Shown here: in pieces, positions 30,579-41,105 of the stretch | Layout: each line of letters begins with the position of its first letter | Numbering within the stretch: position 1 is the stretch's first letter | NCBI GenBank assembly: GCA_016934315.1 | Contig: JAFGSY010000011.1 | Coordinates: forward strand, 493 to 64,492 | Source of the DNA: Candidatus Anaeroferrophillus wilburensis | GTDB taxonomy: Bacteria; Desulfobacterota; Anaeroferrophillalia; Anaeroferrophillales; Anaeroferrophillaceae | Direction: 5' to 3' | Length of the DNA stretch: 64,000 nt | Notes under the pieces: model-generated | The model's database searches: none | Told to the model about the DNA's origin: nothing | Seen by the model: only the letters and a program-made list of their open reading frames with translations | Translations under genes and position numbers: made by a program

Positions 30579-31853
30579 GTGGTTGTGGGACTAAATGCCA
30601 TAAAAGGTTTCAATGATATTTTGCCGACTGAGACCCAAGCCTGGCAGTGGATTGAGCAGGCTTTTCGCCAGCTGCTGGCATCATATGATTACGGCGAGAT
30701 TCGTCTGCCGATCCTGGAGTATACGGAACTGTTTTCCCGTAGTATCGGTGATGATACCGATATCGTTGAAAAAGAGATGTATACCTTTGCTGATCGTTCG
30801 AACCGGAGTTTGACTCTGCGGCCTGAAGGCACGGCTTCGGTGGTGCGGGCTTTTATTCAGCACGGGTTGGCAGCGACCAGGGAAATCAATAAGCTGTATT
30901 ACCTCGGCCCTATGTTTCGCTATGAAAGGCCCCAGAAAGGCAGGTATCGGCAATTCTATCAGTTGGGGGCGGAAGTGTTTGGCGAGGAGTCTTTTTGCCA
31001 GGATGCTGAGATGCTGATCATGTTGGCACGATATTTTCATGTTCTTGGTATTAGCTCGGCAAAATTGCACCTGAACTCTCTTGGTTGCGAACTGTGCCGT
31101 CCGGCCTATCGGCAAGCATTGCAGGGTTATCTCGAGCAGCGAATGACCGCTCTCTGTGCTGACTGTCACCGGCGGGTGCCCCAGAATCCCCTACGGGCTC
31201 TGGATTGCAAGCAGTCATCATGCCGGGCGGTGATGGCTGAAGCACCGAAAATTTCCGATTATCTTGGTGATGCCTGCCGGGAACATTTTGCTGGTCTTAC
31301 AGGCCTGTTGGATCAATCAGGGCTTGAGTATACGATTGATCCTTTCATGGTCAGGGGGTTGGACTATTACACTCGGACAACGTTTGAATTTCTTGCCGGT
31401 GACCTGGGAGCTCAGAATGCTGTTGCTGCCGGCGGCCGGTATGATCGTTTGGTGGAGGCGTTGGGGGGGTGTGCAACCCCTGCCATTGGTTTTGCCATAG
31501 GTCTGGAACGACTCAATATGCTGGTTGATAACGCTGACGTTCCCGAATCGGATCCATTTATAGCCTTGGTGGCTCTGGGAGAAACAGCGGCAACGTTCCT
31601 GTTTCCTTTGCTGCATCAGCTGAATCAGGAGGGGATCAGGGCGGTGATGAGTTTTAAGGAGAAAAGCCTCAAGAGTTTGTTGAAAAAAGCCGATAGGGAT
31701 AAGGTGAGCTACGCCCTCCTTGCCGGTGACCAGGAGCTCAAAGAGGGTGCCGCAATCTTGCGTAACATGATGACTAAAGAGCAGCAGTCGATACCCCTGT
31801 CGCTGCTGGTTGAATCTATCAGGGAGGTTTTCCATGGGCATCAAAATAACTGA
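30579..31853 (+). CDS. hisS: histidine--tRNA ligase
   Basis: Class II aaRS motifs (FRYERPQKGRYRQFYQ, GGRYD), about 420 aa. The start is GTG at 30579 or 30585. Confidence 0.93.
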   Translation: MVVGLNAIKGFNDILPTETQAWQWIEQAFRQLLASYDYGEIRLPILEYTELFSRSIGDDTDIVEKEMYTFADRSNRSLTLRPEGTASVVRAFIQHGLAATREINKLYYLGPMFRYERPQKGRYRQFYQLGAEVFGEESFCQDAEMLIMLARYFHVLGISSAKLHLNSLGCELCRPAYRQALQGYLEQRMTALCADCHRRVPQNPLRALDCKQSSCRAVMAEAPKISDYLGDACREHFAGLTGLLDQSGLEYTIDPFMVRGLDYYTRTTFEFLAGDLGAQNAVAAGGRYDRLVEALGGCATPAIGFAIGLERLNMLVDNADVPESDPFIALVALGETAATFLFPLLHQLNQEGIRAVMSFKEKSLKSLLKKADRDKVSYALLAGDQELKEGAAILRNMMTKEQQSIPLSLLVESIREVFHGHQNN

Positions 31854-32316
31854 TCCGTCAGCAGTCCCTGCTACCGGTGGTTCCGGAAAAAATCGTCCGG
31901 TATCGGAACAAAATGCTGCGGGTAATTTTCAGGATCTGCTTCGCAGCCGGATTGATGCTTCGCACCAGCAGAGCCAGGGGGTCCAGAAGGTTGCTGTTCC
32001 CCAAGCACCGTTTCCCGTCTATGAAATTGATGAATTGCCGGAGCTGCCCCAGGGGTTTGATTTGCGGGAAAAGGGTATTGCCGATACGGAGCGATTAATT
32101 GGGATTATGGATGCCTATCATGACAAGTTGGATAAGGGAACTGCCAACCTTTTTGACAAGCGAAGGCTGATAGAAGATATGGAGGCGGTGTCCCGCAACA
32201 TGCTTGGCTATATGGCTCACTTGACATCTGCGGACAAGTTGTATACGCTAATGAGAGATTCGGTCGTTATGGCTCGCGTTGAGATTGAAAAATATGTCCG
32301 TGGTGACTATGGGTAA
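31834..32316 (+). CDS. hypothetical protein (160 aa, ends ...RGDYG)
   Basis: ATG 31834 overlaps the hisS 3' end by 20 nt. The protein is helical and acidic in the middle. The next gene starts 1 nt after its stop, which suggests translational coupling. Confidence 0.5.
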   Translation: MGIKITDPSAVPATGGSGKNRPVSEQNAAGNFQDLLRSRIDASHQQSQGVQKVAVPQAPFPVYEIDELPELPQGFDLREKGIADTERLIGIMDAYHDKLDKGTANLFDKRRLIEDMEAVSRNMLGYMAHLTSADKLYTLMRDSVVMARVEIEKYVRGDYG

Positions 32317-33828
32317 ATGAGCCTTTTTTTTCCCAACCAGTATAATGATACTCCCTACCGGCAACTGTATGAGCGCCTGACGACGGTTGAACGTCTGAGG
32401 CTCCTGCGCGAGTTTGTCGGTGTCACCTATGAACGCCGATTCCGTTTTCTGCAATCAACCAACTCCAGCCAGCGTTTTAAAGAGAACCTTGTCCTTGCCG
32501 GCAAGAGTCTGCATGAAAAACAGACTATCAGCCGTTTGACCTGGCGTCATCGCGACCTGCTGCCGGGTTATCTGCCGCTCATCTTTCGTCACTACCTGTT
32601 CGGTTTTCTGGTGCAGTTGACCAGGGCCAGTCATCGTGCTCGTCTGCCGCAACCATCGCCATCCTGTTATTGGGAAACGCCGGTAAACCTGATCGTTCTC
32701 CGTTGGATTAACCGCCATTGGTCGCTCTGTCAGCAGGCCATAGCCCCCCATGTTGAACGGGTTATCGAAGAGAAGGTCAGGCATTTGTATATCTATTGCC
32801 TGCTTGCCTTTGAGGCCGCCCGCAGTATTTTTGATGAGGAGGAGCTGGCTGCCGAAATTGAGCTGTATCGGGCTTCTCAGATGCCAGGTGGAACCCCCAT
32901 CGGCCTTGAGATGGAATTCAGCAATCTCGGTCGTTATGCCACCTTTGACAAGCTTGGTCGTCATGGTGTCGATGCTGATCCATTCCACAATATGGAATAT
33001 TACAGCGCTTTCATGCTTGAGGATGTGACCTGGAGACTGGGAGGCTATGTCGATACCCATGTTCGCGGCCGTCGCCTATTTACCCTTTCCCGCTTTGGCG
33101 GGTTTTATGAATATTCGCTGGTGCGGGTGGATTATCCCCGACATTACAGTCTGCCTTTGACCACCGATCCGTGGGTGGCGAGCGCCATGATTGGTGAGAC
33201 CATCGATTTTGTCCGTGAGATCAAGCCCCACAGCCTGCATGTGAATCTTGAAAATCGGGGGTTGGGGGTTGTCCGCCCCCAGCTTGATGATTATTTGTGT
33301 CTGCTGATGCTGGGTGGGGACCTGGGGAAGGATGAAAACGGCAGAATGCTCGAAAAGCGTTTTGGTGGCAACGAATTGCGGGGGGTTATTCAGCGGCGGA
33401 AACACCTGTCTCTTTTGGCCGAGAAGAAAAAGGCGGTGGTGGAATATTCTTTTCTCCGCCTCTGGCGTGCCGGTGATCGGGAGTATGGTTATTTGCCGGT
33501 GATTATGGCTCTGAAAGGTTTTCAGCATGGCTATAATCTCGATTTGAGTTGCCGTGATCAGGTGCAGGGGATGCTGCACTGGGCGCAAAATCCCCGGCCA
33601 CTGGCGGAGAGTTCCCTGCATCGATTTGTGGAGACGGTCAAAAGCGGCCTGAGGAGTGAAGAGGCCTATGGCGAGAGGGAGATCGGTACATGGGGAGACC
33701 AGATTATGACCATCCTCAAGGACTGGAATCGGATACTCTCCTGTGTCATTATCCTAGAAATTTTCGATCCGTTTCCTGCTGTTATGCTGGCAGAGGTGGG
33801 GGTTTTTACAAAATTTTTCACAGGCTAA
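32317..33828 (+). CDS. hypothetical protein with glutamine-synthetase-fold amidoligase-like motifs
   Basis: GLEMEF matches the GxExEF metal-binding strand of GS. PHSLHVNLEN matches the HxH region. ENGRMLEKRFGGNELRGVIQRR matches the E/R-rich region of the GS/GCS2 fold. The N-terminal roughly 190 aa is of unknown function. Confidence 0.4.
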   Translation: MSLFFPNQYNDTPYRQLYERLTTVERLRLLREFVGVTYERRFRFLQSTNSSQRFKENLVLAGKSLHEKQTISRLTWRHRDLLPGYLPLIFRHYLFGFLVQLTRASHRARLPQPSPSCYWETPVNLIVLRWINRHWSLCQQAIAPHVERVIEEKVRHLYIYCLLAFEAARSIFDEEELAAEIELYRASQMPGGTPIGLEMEFSNLGRYATFDKLGRHGVDADPFHNMEYYSAFMLEDVTWRLGGYVDTHVRGRRLFTLSRFGGFYEYSLVRVDYPRHYSLPLTTDPWVASAMIGETIDFVREIKPHSLHVNLENRGLGVVRPQLDDYLCLLMLGGDLGKDENGRMLEKRFGGNELRGVIQRRKHLSLLAEKKKAVVEYSFLRLWRAGDREYGYLPVIMALKGFQHGYNLDLSCRDQVQGMLHWAQNPRPLAESSLHRFVETVKSGLRSEEAYGEREIGTWGDQIMTILKDWNRILSCVIILEIFDPFPAVMLAEVGVFTKFFTG

Positions 33829-34458
33829 TGATTGGGACCAGCGCTCGTGCAGATGTTCATCGATGCATAGCGCCGGTTCAATATGGACGTGCTGCGGTTC
33901 GGGTACTTTTTTCATCCGTCTGAACAGATTCCGTATGCGTTGCGCCTCCTTGATCTGGGGCTGTTCAGAGAGCAATTTCCAGCTGCCGCAGGAGATAAGG
34001 AACTCTTTCTGGTGCTCCGGGGTCAGATGTTCTATGGGGTAGGTATAGACCCAAGCTTCCTCCTCCTGGAATTCCCGCGGATTGGTATTCGTTTCAACTA
34101 CGATGGACAGCTTTTTCCTGATATAGATGCTTTTCTGGAAGTTGTCTGGGTAGTAGCTCTCCAACTGGTCCAAAGCCTTCATGGTTTTTTCCGGCCTTTT
34201 AAAAGTCATCAGTTCACCAAAAACGATATCTTGGCAGCCATCAAGGATAATGAGGCCGGGGAAGCCGATTGGCAGGTGGTAGAGCAGCCCTTGGCAGTAG
34301 GCCGGCTGGATGCTGGTTACCTGCCTGCGGATAAAGCGGTTGAAATTCTTGTAGCGTTCCATCAGACTGCCATAGACAAAAAAATAGGGCGTCGTGAGGA
34401 CGTCTGCTTTTCTTAATTCAGCCAAGGCTTTGAGTCGCAAGGCGAGTTTATCGCTCAT
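33754..34458 (-). CDS. gamma-glutamylcyclotransferase (GGCT/AIG2-like) family protein with Cys/His-rich C-terminal extension
   Basis: Start trimmed to ATG 34458 (MSDKLALRL...). It has the YFFVYGSLM signature and the catalytic-Glu motif VFGELMTF. Its C-terminal tail is CIDEHLHE...CEKFCKNPHLCQH. Its 3' end overlaps the convergent gene by 75 nt. Confidence 0.65.
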   Translation of the reverse strand: MSDKLALRLKALAELRKADVLTTPYFFVYGSLMERYKNFNRFIRRQVTSIQPAYCQGLLYHLPIGFPGLIILDGCQDIVFGELMTFKRPEKTMKALDQLESYYPDNFQKSIYIRKKLSIVVETNTNPREFQEEEAWVYTYPIEHLTPEHQKEFLISCGSWKLLSEQPQIKEAQRIRNLFRRMKKVPEPQHVHIEPALCIDEHLHERWSQSLACEKFCKNPHLCQHNSRKRIENF

Positions 34459-34854
34459 GGTGATCCGTGAGGTTTGCCCAAAAAAGAGGTTGGCGCACAA
34501 CCAAACGATATCCTCTTCAGAGTTTTTCCTGAATGCCGGTGGTGCTGAAATGTTTGGTGTCGCAGGGGAATGCTGGAGCCTTTCAGGAAAAGGCCGGGGG
34601 ATAATAGCACGGAGACTGACTGAAATCAAGCTGATATTTTTTCCTGATGGTGCCTTTTGTTGGCAGGTTGTGATTGTCTGGACCTGACGCCAACACCGTA
34701 ATGTTTTGGGGGAGTACGTTCTGTCGTGTGGGGTTGTCTGGCGCTGCGGTGTTTCGGCTTTCTGGCTGAAAACTGAGTTCGTTTGCTGCGGTCAACTGCA
34801 GCTCTCCAGAAAGTTGCATGGGTTGGCTTCCCCCCATTTTTTGATGAGGATATC

Positions 34855-35148
34855 ATGTCTGAAAATAGTAAAAAGCCAGAGGTGAAGAAGGAAAGGGCTG
34901 CCGCAGCGCTTACCTACGAACGGAGCAAACAGAAAGCGCCGACGGTGGTTGCCAAAGGTTCCGGCTTGATGGCGGAAAAGATTATCGAGGTGGCCAGGGA
35001 ACATGGCATTCCCCTGAGAGAAGATCCGGCATTGGTGCAGGTGCTGATGACCCTCGATATCAACCAGGAAATTCCCCCCGAAGTGTATCATGTTGTTGCC
35101 GACATCCTGGCGATGATTTACCGGGCCCACCAGAAGTACGATTCCTGA
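34855..35148 (+). CDS. FlhB C-terminal-domain (EscU/YscU/HrcU-like) stand-alone protein
   Basis: ATG 34855 lies after GAGGA. AAALTYERSKQKAPTVVAKGSGLMAEKIIEVAREHGIPLREDPALVQVL...PPEVYHVVADILA matches the FlhB cytoplasmic autocleavage-domain pattern. Confidence 0.7.
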   Translation: MSENSKKPEVKKERAAAALTYERSKQKAPTVVAKGSGLMAEKIIEVAREHGIPLREDPALVQVLMTLDINQEIPPEVYHVVADILAMIYRAHQKYDS

Positions 35149-35414
35149 AACACTCCCAGCCTCACATTCCGTTGCTGTTGACTGAAAGACTGTCTTGCAA
35201 AAATGCCTTTTTGCCCGTTTGCCGTCTTATGATAAACGGGTACTCCCTCCAACTATGACGGGATTGATGAGGTTGCAATGCTCACCTACCTCTGCCTTGA
35301 ATAATCTATTTTTCTCAAGACTGCCTAAAAAATCCTTTTGATCTTGACAATCAAAAAAGCAGTATTATCTTTATATTGTAGATGGAACGACCACATGAAT
35401 AATGAGGAGGAAGG

Positions 35415-35816
35415 ATGAAAGAAAACATCTTTTCCCAGCCAAGCTGGCAGCCATGGGGAGAGGACTACACCGGCAGTTATGAGTTTACCCCCCATGTCGA
35501 TGTGATTGAAGGGCCATTGGCTTACAGACTGCTGCTGATGATTGCCGGGGTTGAGCCTGACCAGCTGACAGTTGAAGTCGATGATAATGTTCTTGTTCTT
35601 GCCGGGGAGCGTCGCCGGCCGGCGCTGGAACATGGAGAACTATTTGCCAGAGCTGAAAACCATTACGGTGTTTTTGAGCGGCGTTTTATCCTTCCGGATT
35701 CAGCTGATAAAAACGGGGTGCGGGCTCGCTATGAACATGGTGTGCTGGAGGTAGCCATTGCCAAAAAAGCTGCAGGGCCAGCACGATATATCCCGGTTGC
35801 CGGGGGAGATGGATAA
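35415..35816 (+). CDS. Hsp20/alpha-crystallin family small heat-shock protein
   Basis: Alpha-crystallin domain with the typical ...GVLEVAIAKK C-terminal motif. Confidence 0.88.
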   Translation: MKENIFSQPSWQPWGEDYTGSYEFTPHVDVIEGPLAYRLLLMIAGVEPDQLTVEVDDNVLVLAGERRRPALEHGELFARAENHYGVFERRFILPDSADKNGVRARYEHGVLEVAIAKKAAGPARYIPVAGGDG

Positions 35817-35877
35817 ACGTAGCATGTGATGACGAAAACATTTTTTAACAACGTAGTGAATGAGGAGGTAATGAATC

Positions 35878-36321
35878 ATGGCATTGGTAAAATGGACCCC
35901 ATTTCGTGATTTGATGACGATTCAGGATCAGATTAATCGTTTGTTTGAAGACAGTCTGCAGCGGACCGATGAAAAGAGGCTGATGGCTCCGTCCTGGCAG
36001 CCGCTGGTGGACATTTATGAGGATGGCCAGGCAATCATTATCAAGGCTGAACTGCCGGAGGTTGATGAAAAGGATATCCAGCTCAATATCGAGAATAATA
36101 CCCTGACCATTAAAGGTGAACGGAAGTTGGAGCAGGAGGAGAAAAAGGATAATTATCACCGGGTTGAGCGATTCTATGGTTCTTTTACCCGTTCCTTTGA
36201 CTTGCCGACAACGGTCGATCAGGATGGCATCAAGGCGAGCTATGATAAAGGGGTTTTGAAAATAACTCTGCCGAAAAAGGAGGAAGTGAAGCCCAAAAAA
36301 GTGCAGATTCAAGTGCAGTAA
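35878..36321 (+). CDS. Hsp20/alpha-crystallin family small heat-shock protein
   Basis: Alpha-crystallin domain (DIYEDGQAIIIKAELPEV...GVLKITLPK). Confidence 0.9.
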   Translation: MALVKWTPFRDLMTIQDQINRLFEDSLQRTDEKRLMAPSWQPLVDIYEDGQAIIIKAELPEVDEKDIQLNIENNTLTIKGERKLEQEEKKDNYHRVERFYGSFTRSFDLPTTVDQDGIKASYDKGVLKITLPKKEEVKPKKVQIQVQ

Positions 36322-36352
36322 CCAATCCGGTGACAGGTTGCGTTTAAGCAAA

Positions 36353-36379
36353 GGGGGCACTATCTGCCCCCTTCTCTAT
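36353..36379 (+). terminator. terminator-like hairpin after the second hsp20
   Basis: GGGGGCA-ctatc-TGCCCCC followed by TTCTCTAT, a weak T tract. Confidence 0.4.
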
Positions 36380-36426
36380 GGCAGATGATAAAAAAGATGT
36401 GATCCGCAGATAAGGAGTTTTGCCGG

Positions 36427-39024
36427 ATGGATTTGAATAAATTGACCCAAAAAGCCCAGGAAGCAGTGCAGGATGCCCAGAATATCGCACTCCGGCGCAA
36501 CCATCAGCAGGTTGATGGTGAGCATCTGCTGCTGGCCCTGCTGCAGCAGGAACAGGGCCTTATTCCGAGAATCATTGAAAAAATTGGTTTGGTGCCGGAT
36601 ACCATCGGCCGGGAGATTGAAAAACGGCTGGCCGCTTTTCCCTCGGTCACCGGTACCGGCGCGTCCGCTGGCAGTATCTACATTACTACCCGGTTGAATA
36701 AACTGTTTCTGGGAGCTCAGGATGAAGCCAGTCGCCTGAAGGATGAGTATATCAGCGTTGAACATCTGCTTCTCAGCCTGCTCAATGACACCGCAGATCC
36801 CCTGGCGGCAATGTTTGTCGGCTATGGTGTCACCCGCGATAAAGTGCTCCAGGTGCTCAGCGAGGTGCGGGGGGCGCAGCGGGTGACCTCCCAGAATCCT
36901 GAAGAAACCTATCAGGCTCTGGAGAAATACGGTGTTGACCTTACCCGGTCAGCCAGCCAGGGAAAACTGGACCCGGTTATTGGCCGGGATGACGAAATTC
37001 GTCGGGTGATTCAGGTCCTCTCCCGGCGGACGAAGAATAATCCAGTGCTGATCGGTGAGCCGGGAGTGGGAAAAACAGCCATTGTTGAAGGCTTGGCCCA
37101 GAGGATCATCCGTCAGGATGTGCCGGAAAATCTGAAGCAGAAAAAGCTCGTTTCACTCGACATGGGAGCCCTGATTGCCGGTGCTAAATTCCGCGGTGAA
37201 TTTGAGGAACGGCTGAAAGCGGTACTCAAAGAAGTGCAGGAATCCCATGGTCAGGTTATTCTTTTCATCGATGAGATGCATACGGTGGTCGGCGCCGGCA
37301 GGGCCGAAGGGTCGATGGATGCCGGCAATTTGCTGAAGCCCATGCTGGCCCGGGGCGAGCTTCATTGTATCGGTGCCACAACCCTGAATGAGTATCGCCG
37401 GCACGTGGAGAAGGATGCCGCTCTGGAGCGGCGCTTCCAGCCGGTATTGGTAAAGCAGCCGACGGTTCCCGACACCATCTCTATCCTGAGGGGGTTGAAG
37501 GAACGCTATGAGGTCCACCACGGAGTAAGAATTAAGGATGCCGCTCTGGTGTCGGCGGCGGTTCTTTCCCACCGCTATATCAACGACCGGTTTCTGCCCG
37601 ACAAGGCCATCGATCTCATTGATGAGGCGGCTGCCCGGCTGCGGACTGAAATTGACAGCATGCCTGCTGATCTGGACGAGGTGACCAGAAAAACTATGCA
37701 GCTGGAAATTGAGCGCGAAGCCTTAAAAAAAGAGAAGGATGACGCCTCCCGCAAGCGTCTGGGGATACTTGAAAAGGAACTGGCTGATCTGCAGGAGAGC
37801 AGCGCCGCTCTGCTGGCCCAGTGGCAGGTTGAAAAAGAGCAGATCAGCCGTCTCCAGGAGCTGAATAAGCAGTTGGAAGAAACCAAACGGGAGATTGAAA
37901 AGGCGGAGCGCAACTACGATCTCAACCGGGCGGCGGAATTGAAGTATGGTGTCCTGACCAAGCTTGAGCAGGAAAAGGCTGCAGCGGCACAGTCGGTTGC
38001 CGGCCCGAAAGGCGGCAGCCGTTTGCTCAAGGAGGAGGTTGATGAAGAAGATGTGGCTGCCATTGTCAGCCGCTGGACCGGTATTCCGGTGAACAAACTG
38101 ATGGAGGGGGAGCGGGAAAAGCTTGTCCACCTGGAGGAGATGCTCCATCGCCGGGTTGTGGGCCAGGATGAAGCAGTGCAGACGGTTGCCGATGCGGTTC
38201 TCCGGGCTCGGGCCGGGATCAAGGATCCCAATCGACCAATCGGCAGCTTTATTTTCCTTGGTCCAACCGGGGTCGGCAAAACGGAGCTGGCCCGGTCACT
38301 GGCTGAATTTCTTTTTGATGATGAAGAGAATATGACCCGTATTGATATGTCGGAGTATATGGAAAAACACGCGGTTGCCCGCCTGATCGGGGCGCCGCCA
38401 GGATATGTCGGTTTTGAAGAGGGTGGCCAGCTTACCGAGGCCGTCCGTCGCCGGCCTTACTCGGTGCTGCTGTTTGACGAAATAGAAAAGGCCCATCCCG
38501 ATGTCTTCAATATTATGCTGCAGATTCTTGATGACGGCCGGCTGACCGATGCCCACGGTCGGACGGTGGATTTTAAAAATACCGTCATTATCATGACCTC
38601 TAACATCGGCAGCCAGCATATTCTGGAATACCAGGGAGATGAACAGCAGTATGGCAGGATGAAGGACCGGGTGCTGGCCGACATGCGCGCCCAGTTCAAG
38701 CCGGAGTTTCTCAATCGGGTGGATGATATTGTTGTTTTTCACTCACTGAATAAGGTTCAGCTGCAGTCTATTGTTGATATTCAGCTGCGGCGATTGTTTG
38801 AGCGCTTGGCTGAGCGGGAGATCGTCCTGGAGCTTACTCCCGAGGCCAGGGGATTCCTGGCTGAAAAAGGTTATGATCCCGCCTATGGCGCCCGGCCGCT
38901 GAAACGCTCTATCCAGCATTATTTGGAAACGCCGCTGGCCCGTGAAATCATGCAGGGGAAGGTGAAAAACGGCAGCCGGGTGAGGGTGCGGCCGGAAGGT
39001 GATCACCTGATTTTCATGAATTAA
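36427..39024 (+). CDS. clpB: ATP-dependent chaperone ClpB
   Basis: Two AAA+ modules ([16 protein letters not shown]) and a long coiled-coil M-domain, 865 aa. Confidence 0.95.
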   Translation: MDLNKLTQKAQEAVQDAQNIALRRNHQQVDGEHLLLALLQQEQGLIPRIIEKIGLVPDTIGREIEKRLAAFPSVTGTGASAGSIYITTRLNKLFLGAQDEASRLKDEYISVEHLLLSLLNDTADPLAAMFVGYGVTRDKVLQVLSEVRGAQRVTSQNPEETYQALEKYGVDLTRSASQGKLDPVIGRDDEIRRVIQVLSRRTKNNPVLIGEPGVGKTAIVEGLAQRIIRQDVPENLKQKKLVSLDMGALIAGAKFRGEFEERLKAVLKEVQESHGQVILFIDEMHTVVGAGRAEGSMDAGNLLKPMLARGELHCIGATTLNEYRRHVEKDAALERRFQPVLVKQPTVPDTISILRGLKERYEVHHGVRIKDAALVSAAVLSHRYINDRFLPDKAIDLIDEAAARLRTEIDSMPADLDEVTRKTMQLEIEREALKKEKDDASRKRLGILEKELADLQESSAALLAQWQVEKEQISRLQELNKQLEETKREIEKAERNYDLNRAAELKYGVLTKLEQEKAAAAQSVAGPKGGSRLLKEEVDEEDVAAIVSRWTGIPVNKLMEGEREKLVHLEEMLHRRVVGQDEAVQTVADAVLRARAGIKDPNRPIGSFIFLGPTGVGKTELARSLAEFLFDDEENMTRIDMSEYMEKHAVARLIGAPPGYVGFEEGGQLTEAVRRRPYSVLLFDEIEKAHPDVFNIMLQILDDGRLTDAHGRTVDFKNTVIIMTSNIGSQHILEYQGDEQQYGRMKDRVLADMRAQFKPEFLNRVDDIVVFHSLNKVQLQSIVDIQLRRLFERLAEREIVLELTPEARGFLAEKGYDPAYGARPLKRSIQHYLETPLAREIMQGKVKNGSRVRVRPEGDHLIFMN

Positions 39025-39129
39025 GAGAGTGCCGGTGCAATCGTGGAGCATGGTCACCGGCGGCTTTGGCCGCCCAGAGCTTTATCCAAACAATGCCTGA
39101 TTCTGGGGCAGCTTAGCGGTTGAAGCATT

Positions 39130-40998
39130 TCAATTCCGCACCTTTTCCGGTTTGATCAACACCATCAGCATCATAGGCTGATGGAAACTGACCAGTTGCC
39201 GGCGAAACTGCTGGTAGGTGGAATCTGCCGGCAGGATGGTGCGTTTCAGTTCAATGGTTCTGTTGTAGAGCAGGTGATTGCCAGCCATGGCGGCGGTTGT
39301 TTCCCATGTGATGCCGGGCAGTTCTCCGGCAGTGGATAAGGGGATCGTGCTGCAGGTGCTCATGGCCGGCAGGGAGATGGTGAGCTCCAGGTTGTCGGCG
39401 AAAGGGGTGTCAATCATCAGAGCTGTCCGCCGATCCGGCAGGCAGGTTGTGAATTCCCCTGGCAGCGCCGGCGTTGGAATGGTGAAGAGGGAGTATCCGC
39501 CGACCATGGGAAGTGTCCGGGGAATGGTGAAACGGCACTCGATGATAACCGGTTGCTGCAGCTCCTCAAGGCCGCTGGTGGTTAATGACCCGTCTATGAC
39601 CGCCAGCGGATCAATGGCATGGAGAAACCGGGAGGCAGTAATCTGGCGTTCCTCTGGTGACAGATAGCGCCATTGCTTTCTGGCATCCACTGCCGCCTCT
39701 CCGCTAAGTACCGTTTTTATGCTGCCGGCAAGCTGGTTTTCGGCGGTCAGGGAGATGTCCATCTTGGTATGCTGCTGGTTAGGGTAAGAGGTGATGACTG
39801 GCACCAGACTGCCGTCGGCCATGCTCAGTGCCAACTGATCTTCGCAGCCGGTAAAGCCGGGTGGCAGTTCCTGCCGCTCGAAGGAGTAGTCTTTGCTGCG
39901 GCAGCGAACCAGGGGATTGCTCAGCAGTTCCGGAGAGGGGGCGGCTGAAAGATCAGTCAAAAAAATACCGGAGGTGTTGCTCCACAGCAGTGTGGCCGGA
40001 ATCCGAAGGTGCTGGAGGACCTGGTAGAAAAGCAGGGCCAAGTCGGCCGGCGTGCCATATCCCTGGGCCAGCGTTTCTGCTGCTGGCTGTGGGGTCAGGT
40101 CGGTTGCCAGAAAACTGATGGGGTTGGGCGTTATCTGGCGCATCAGCGATTCATACAGCCGGTCGACGGTGGATATCTCCAGGGCAAAGGGCTCCAGGTT
40201 GAGAGCTGTCAAGGTGCCGGCTGATGGGGCGATGCGGTCTGCATACCATGAGGAAACCTGTTGCCAGCTGCCAAAGGTGGAAAGCAACAGGCTGAAGTCC
40301 TGGTTTTCGCTCCGGGGTGTCAGTTGTTCAGGGACCTGTTTGGGCAGCATGACGGCTTCCCAGCAATAGGTGGTCGTTTCGTTTTCGTGCCGCTGTTTTG
40401 TGCCGCTGATGCCTGCGGGTTCCCGAAAATAGAGAGAGAGGCTGTCAGGGACGGTTACGGATACACTTTTTTTGCTGATTGGATCGTCAAGGCGAAACAG
40501 CTCTTCAGCCCAGAACCCGAGGCGGGAGTGGAGGGTCAGTTCAATATCTATGGTGGCCCCGGGAACCACCGACGGCAGGTTGACGATTTTTTGCCGGCTG
40601 TGGGAATGGATGGAAGCATTGGCAGTCCAAGGAGCCAGAATATCATGCACCTCCCCGGTGTCGGCGGCAATCACCGATCCCTCAGGCGTGGTGGTTTCAG
40701 CCTTCTCGATGGTGACGCTCTGGTAACTGTCATTGTAGGCAAGTTTGAAGTCGGCATAGTTCTTTTTACCCTTGTAGGTGATGATTTTACGAACCACATG
40801 AATTTGGAGATCATAACTGCCATTCTGGTTGACCGTGTACCGTTTGTCAATCAACAGGGTTAGGGCGTCGGCATCCTGCAGCCAGTCGGCTGGTGGGGAG
40901 GATGTTGTGCCCCGGGCTGCCGACGTCCCAAGGGTTGCAAAGAGCAGGATGACAAACACGAGCCGTAAAAAATAGTTGCTGTGTCGCTGGGGATGCAT
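39130..40998 (-). CDS. DUF3857 / transglutaminase-like domain protein (catalytic Cys apparently absent)
   Basis: Start trimmed to ATG 40998 (MHPQRH...), followed by a signal peptide. It is a paralogue of the gene at 41949..43934, but the transglutaminase-like segment lacks the GxCxD cysteine. Confidence 0.55.
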   Translation of the reverse strand: MHPQRHSNYFLRLVFVILLFATLGTSAARGTTSSPPADWLQDADALTLLIDKRYTVNQNGSYDLQIHVVRKIITYKGKKNYADFKLAYNDSYQSVTIEKAETTTPEGSVIAADTGEVHDILAPWTANASIHSHSRQKIVNLPSVVPGATIDIELTLHSRLGFWAEELFRLDDPISKKSVSVTVPDSLSLYFREPAGISGTKQRHENETTTYCWEAVMLPKQVPEQLTPRSENQDFSLLLSTFGSWQQVSSWYADRIAPSAGTLTALNLEPFALEISTVDRLYESLMRQITPNPISFLATDLTPQPAAETLAQGYGTPADLALLFYQVLQHLRIPATLLWSNTSGIFLTDLSAAPSPELLSNPLVRCRSKDYSFERQELPPGFTGCEDQLALSMADGSLVPVITSYPNQQHTKMDISLTAENQLAGSIKTVLSGEAAVDARKQWRYLSPEERQITASRFLHAIDPLAVIDGSLTTSGLEELQQPVIIECRFTIPRTLPMVGGYSLFTIPTPALPGEFTTCLPDRRTALMIDTPFADNLELTISLPAMSTCSTIPLSTAGELPGITWETTAAMAGNHLLYNRTIELKRTILPADSTYQQFRRQLVSFHQPMMLMVLIKPEKVRN

Positions 40999-41105
40999 GA
41001 TTTTCTTCCTTTTCCTATTGACAATTTCAATGTGAATTACTAAGGTAATAGCGATTATCAATTCAAAAGCCTGATCTTTCTTCAGGTGCAAAACAGGAGG
41101 CGTAC

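Noticed and set aside
35149-35414. CIRCE (HrcA) element upstream of hsp20
   Set aside because: TTAGCACTC-N9-GAGTGCTAA was not found. Only a TTGACA -35-like hexamer is present, so the regulation is probably not HrcA-dependent.
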